Assembly (NCBI GenBank): GCA_964541395.1
Contig: CAZIPM010000006.1
Coordinates: 7,169-71,168 of the forward strand
Length of the DNA stretch: 64,000 nucleotides
Direction: 5' to 3'
Origin: an uncultured Gammaproteobacteria bacterium
GTDB lineage: Bacteria > Patescibacteriota > Microgenomatia > UBA8517
In this document: piece by piece, positions 61,511-64,000 of the stretch
How the letters are laid out: each line of letters starts with the position of its first letter
How positions within the stretch are numbered: the stretch's first letter is position 1
Notes under the pieces: generated by a model
Databases searched by the model: none
What the model was told of the DNA's origin: nothing
Seen by the model: the letters and a program-made list of their open reading frames with translations, nothing else
Position numbers and translations under genes: made by a program

Positions 61511-61939
61511 CTAACCTGACAATAGATCTTTAGGCTCAACGCGTTTAACACCTAATTTATCAAAATCCCTATCATAGGAAACTACTGACCACTTACCGTC
61601 GTAAACTTGTGGAATTGAAGCTATTTGTGAATCTATAAATTTGACCGATTTGTTTTCAAACATATTTAGAGCTGAGAGTGTATTATAACCATCAACAAAT
61701 TTAATTTTAACTATGTTTATAATACTTTTTACAGCCGATATTACATCGGTTTTTGAATGTTTATAATGTGATGAAAGAACCCAGACAATTTCCGATAATA
61801 CAAGATTGGGAACAATTCCAATAACGTCTCCCTTTTCTATTCGTTTTAGAAGCAATGAACATTCATTTTTTTGGACACTATCCAATCCAGAAAAAATTCT
61901 TAGAAATACGTTTGTATCTAAAATATATGTTTTCATCAA
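61511..61939 (-). CDS. PIN domain toxin (VapC-like)
   Basis: ILDTNV, SEIVW, FIDS, SYDRDF. Confidence 0.9.
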   Translation of the reverse strand: MMKTYILDTNVFLRIFSGLDSVQKNECSLLLKRIEKGDVIGIVPNLVLSEIVWVLSSHYKHSKTDVISAVKSIINIVKIKFVDGYNTLSALNMFENKSVKFIDSQIASIPQVYDGKWSVVSYDRDFDKLGVKRVEPKDLLSG

Positions 61940-62178
61940 GACCTGGAATATTTTTTTTCCATCGCCTCACGAGACTTCAGAATATCAGGCATGGATTTAG
62001 GAATCTTGAATTTACCTGCCAGATCGAAAATACTTGGACCCCCGGGCTCTATTCTTATGTGGTTATCACCTTTTACCATTGTAATTTTAGAATTTGGTTT
62101 TATGTCTAAATATTTCCGGAAATCTTGAGGTATTGTGATTTGACCCTTTCGTGTAACTGTAGTAGTAATGATCTGCAT
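61936..62178 (-). CDS. AbrB/MazE family antitoxin
   Basis: VTRKGQITIPQDFRKYLDI; overlaps the PIN gene start. Confidence 0.9.
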   Translation of the reverse strand: MQIITTTVTRKGQITIPQDFRKYLDIKPNSKITMVKGDNHIRIEPGGPSIFDLAGKFKIPKSMPDILKSREAMEKKYSRS

Positions 62179-62184
62179 AAAGTA

Positions 62185-62239
62185 ACTATATTATAAAAGT
62201 ATTACTTTGTCAAGTATTACTACTTTACTTAAAAGTAAA
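62185..62239 (-). promoter_or_regulatory. TA promoter/operator
   Basis: TTGACA-N17-TATAGT overlapped by the aaagtattacttt palindrome and a repeated aagtattact. Confidence 0.55.
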
Positions 62240-62242
62240 TCT

Positions 62243-62755
62243 TTAGCCACTTGGGGGTACAGGTTTTTCAACTCTGGTCTGTTGTTTTTCTGCAGCTTTT
62301 CTTTGTCCACCCAGTCTTCTGTTTCTTTTACTTGGAGGCTCAACCAATCCTGATTGTTGGTTTTGTTCGTTAGCCTTTCTTTTTTGAGCAGCTTCGTTGT
62401 GCGCTTTTAAAACATCTCGTTGTTCATGGGTTAATTCTTGAAATTCTTCAACTGATATGTCTTCACCTTCTTGAATCCTTCGAATCAGATCATTAAAAAG
62501 CTTTTGTCGTCTTATATCGATCATTTCATTTTGTAGTGCTTCCAAATGTCTTTGATCAGATGAATCAACCTGCTGTTTTAATATTTGCTCGTTTTGGAGT
62601 TTTTGTTTTTCAGCTTCTTGTGCCGGATCATAATATTGTTCTTCTTGTTCTCCTGAAATTTGAGATCTAGCAGCCTTTAGAAGTTCTAATGGCTCTGCCT
62701 GCATTTGTTGACCTGATTTTTTAATCGCCTGTTTAATTTGGGCAGTTGTATTCAT
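62243..62755 (-). CDS. Gln/Glu-rich hypothetical protein
   Basis: 170-aa coiled-coil ORF after recR. Confidence 0.75.
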   Translation of the reverse strand: MNTTAQIKQAIKKSGQQMQAEPLELLKAARSQISGEQEEQYYDPAQEAEKQKLQNEQILKQQVDSSDQRHLEALQNEMIDIRRQKLFNDLIRRIQEGEDISVEEFQELTHEQRDVLKAHNEAAQKRKANEQNQQSGLVEPPSKRNRRLGGQRKAAEKQQTRVEKPVPPSG

Positions 62756-62779
62756 ATTTTTTACTAATCAATGTTACAA

Positions 62780-63412
62780 TTAACGTCTTCCTTCGATAGC
62801 TTGGGTCAGTGTAATATCATCAGCATACTCTAAATCCGCGCCTGTGGGTATACCCATCCCCAGTCTGGTTATTTTTAAGTTTATGCTTTCCATCTTTTTA
62901 ATCTCTTTGGTCAGATACATAGATGTTGCTTCTCCTTCCATTGTAGGATTTGTTGCGATAATAAGTTCAGTTAAAACAGAACCAGGTTCTTTTATCCTGT
63001 CCAAAAGAAGTTGCAAAAAAATCTCATCAGGCCCAATATTATCCAGCGGATTTATTGCACCATGCAAAACATGATAAAGGCCTTTATATTTTCCAGATCT
63101 TTCAAAAGCAATTAAATCCAAAGGTTGCTCAACCACTAAAATTGTATTTTTATCTCGTATCGGATCTGAACAAATAACACATGGGTCTTTTTCATCTACA
63201 TTTTTACAAATTGAACAAAGAAGTGTATCTTTTTTAAGTCTGTCCAAATTCCTGGAAAATTCATCAAGTTCATGTTGTGGGACATGAAGAAGATAAAAAC
63301 CCAACCGTTGCGCTGATTTTGGTCCTATTCCCGGTAGTTTTTCAAAAGACTCTATTAGAGCCTGTAGAGGTTTAGCAATTCGCATAGAGAACAAATTATA
63401 ACTTATAACCAA
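62780..63412 (-). CDS. recR: Recombination mediator RecR (likely start MRIAKP at 63385)
   Basis: HhH LPGIGPKSA, C4 zinc finger, TOPRIM VVEQ, ATNPTMEGE. Confidence 0.96.
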   Translation of the reverse strand: MVISYNLFSMRIAKPLQALIESFEKLPGIGPKSAQRLGFYLLHVPQHELDEFSRNLDRLKKDTLLCSICKNVDEKDPCVICSDPIRDKNTILVVEQPLDLIAFERSGKYKGLYHVLHGAINPLDNIGPDEIFLQLLLDRIKEPGSVLTELIIATNPTMEGEATSMYLTKEIKKMESINLKITRLGMGIPTGADLEYADDITLTQAIEGRR

Positions 63413-63437
63413 TTCGTTTTCTTGTATAATTTATATT

Positions 63438-64000
63438 GTGGATATAGTTTTAGATAACACGAAAGTTGAATTTAAAAGCTTTGAAGAAGAAAGGTGGGCA
63501 ATAACTAGAGGTCTTCAAAGAAAGCCAGGTGAACCTTGGCTCGAAAGAAATGAGCAATACCTGGATATTCTCCCAACATTCAATGGTAAGAATTTTCTGG
63601 AAGTTATTTCCGAAAAAGTGCGGGGGGGAGGAAAAACTCGTTTTTTAGACATTGGCGGAGGGGCAGCGCTAGCTGACTTGGAAGTTCGATCAATTCACGC
63701 ATCTGACAAACTTGACATCGAAGTAATCGGACACGAGGATGATACCAAATTATATTTAAGTGATGTTCCTCGAAGAATTACAAGAGGACCTACCGAACAG
63801 GATCTCAAAGACAATCAGATAGGATTCAATTTTATAGATTTCACAAAATTATCGGAAAAAGACGTTGAATTATTAGGACGTTTTGATGTAATCGTCGCTG
63901 TTTATTCGATTACATGGATGAAACATACTAAATATGAGCTACTCCAACAAGTCGAAAATTTATTGAAGCCTAGCGGCGTAGCTTTTATTGGACCTTTACA
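63438..64000 (+). CDS. Class I SAM-dependent methyltransferase (partial, runs off the window)
   Basis: Manual translation from GTG: FLDIGGG, FDVIVA, LLKPSG. Confidence 0.75.
   Translation, partial: MDIVLDNTKVEFKSFEEERWAITRGLQRKPGEPWLERNEQYLDILPTFNGKNFLEVISEKVRGGGKTRFLDIGGGAALADLEVRSIHASDKLDIEVIGHEDDTKLYLSDVPRRITRGPTEQDLKDNQIGFNFIDFTKLSEKDVELLGRFDVIVAVYSITWMKHTKYELLQQVENLLKPSGVAFIGPL

Overview
Chromosomal window of a low-GC, genome-reduced bacterium. Gene content, compact housekeeping proteins and leaderless small ORFs suggest Patescibacteria/CPR, probably Microgenomates (inference). Most of the window is core genes: pilB-type ATPase, holB-like, gyrB, gyrA, ppa, malic enzyme, Xer recombinase, yebC, efp, tRNA-Leu(CAA), dnaB, hisS, rpmE, prfA, degP, ctpA, rpsR-ssb-rpsF, ychF, cysS and recR. 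These are interspersed with small orphan ORFs, a secreted subtilisin next to a 1387-aa modular protein, a two-component system, a Fic protein and a VapBC-type TA pair. Signals not in the ORF track: (1) a group I intron with a 23S rRNA L1917-type 5' exon fragment and an orphan ORF, lying outside any rRNA operon between 116-bp direct repeats (about 57008-57918); (2) a T-box-like His leader with an ultrashort Stem I upstream of a HisRS that lacks its anticodon-binding domain; (3) a candidate 11-6-11 dif site whose arm recurs beside the xer promoter; (4) a VTC+CYTH tandem triphosphate-tunnel protein in a small island by xer; (5) a 6S-like hairpin RNA candidate. All calls are by-eye motif recognition; no database searches were run.
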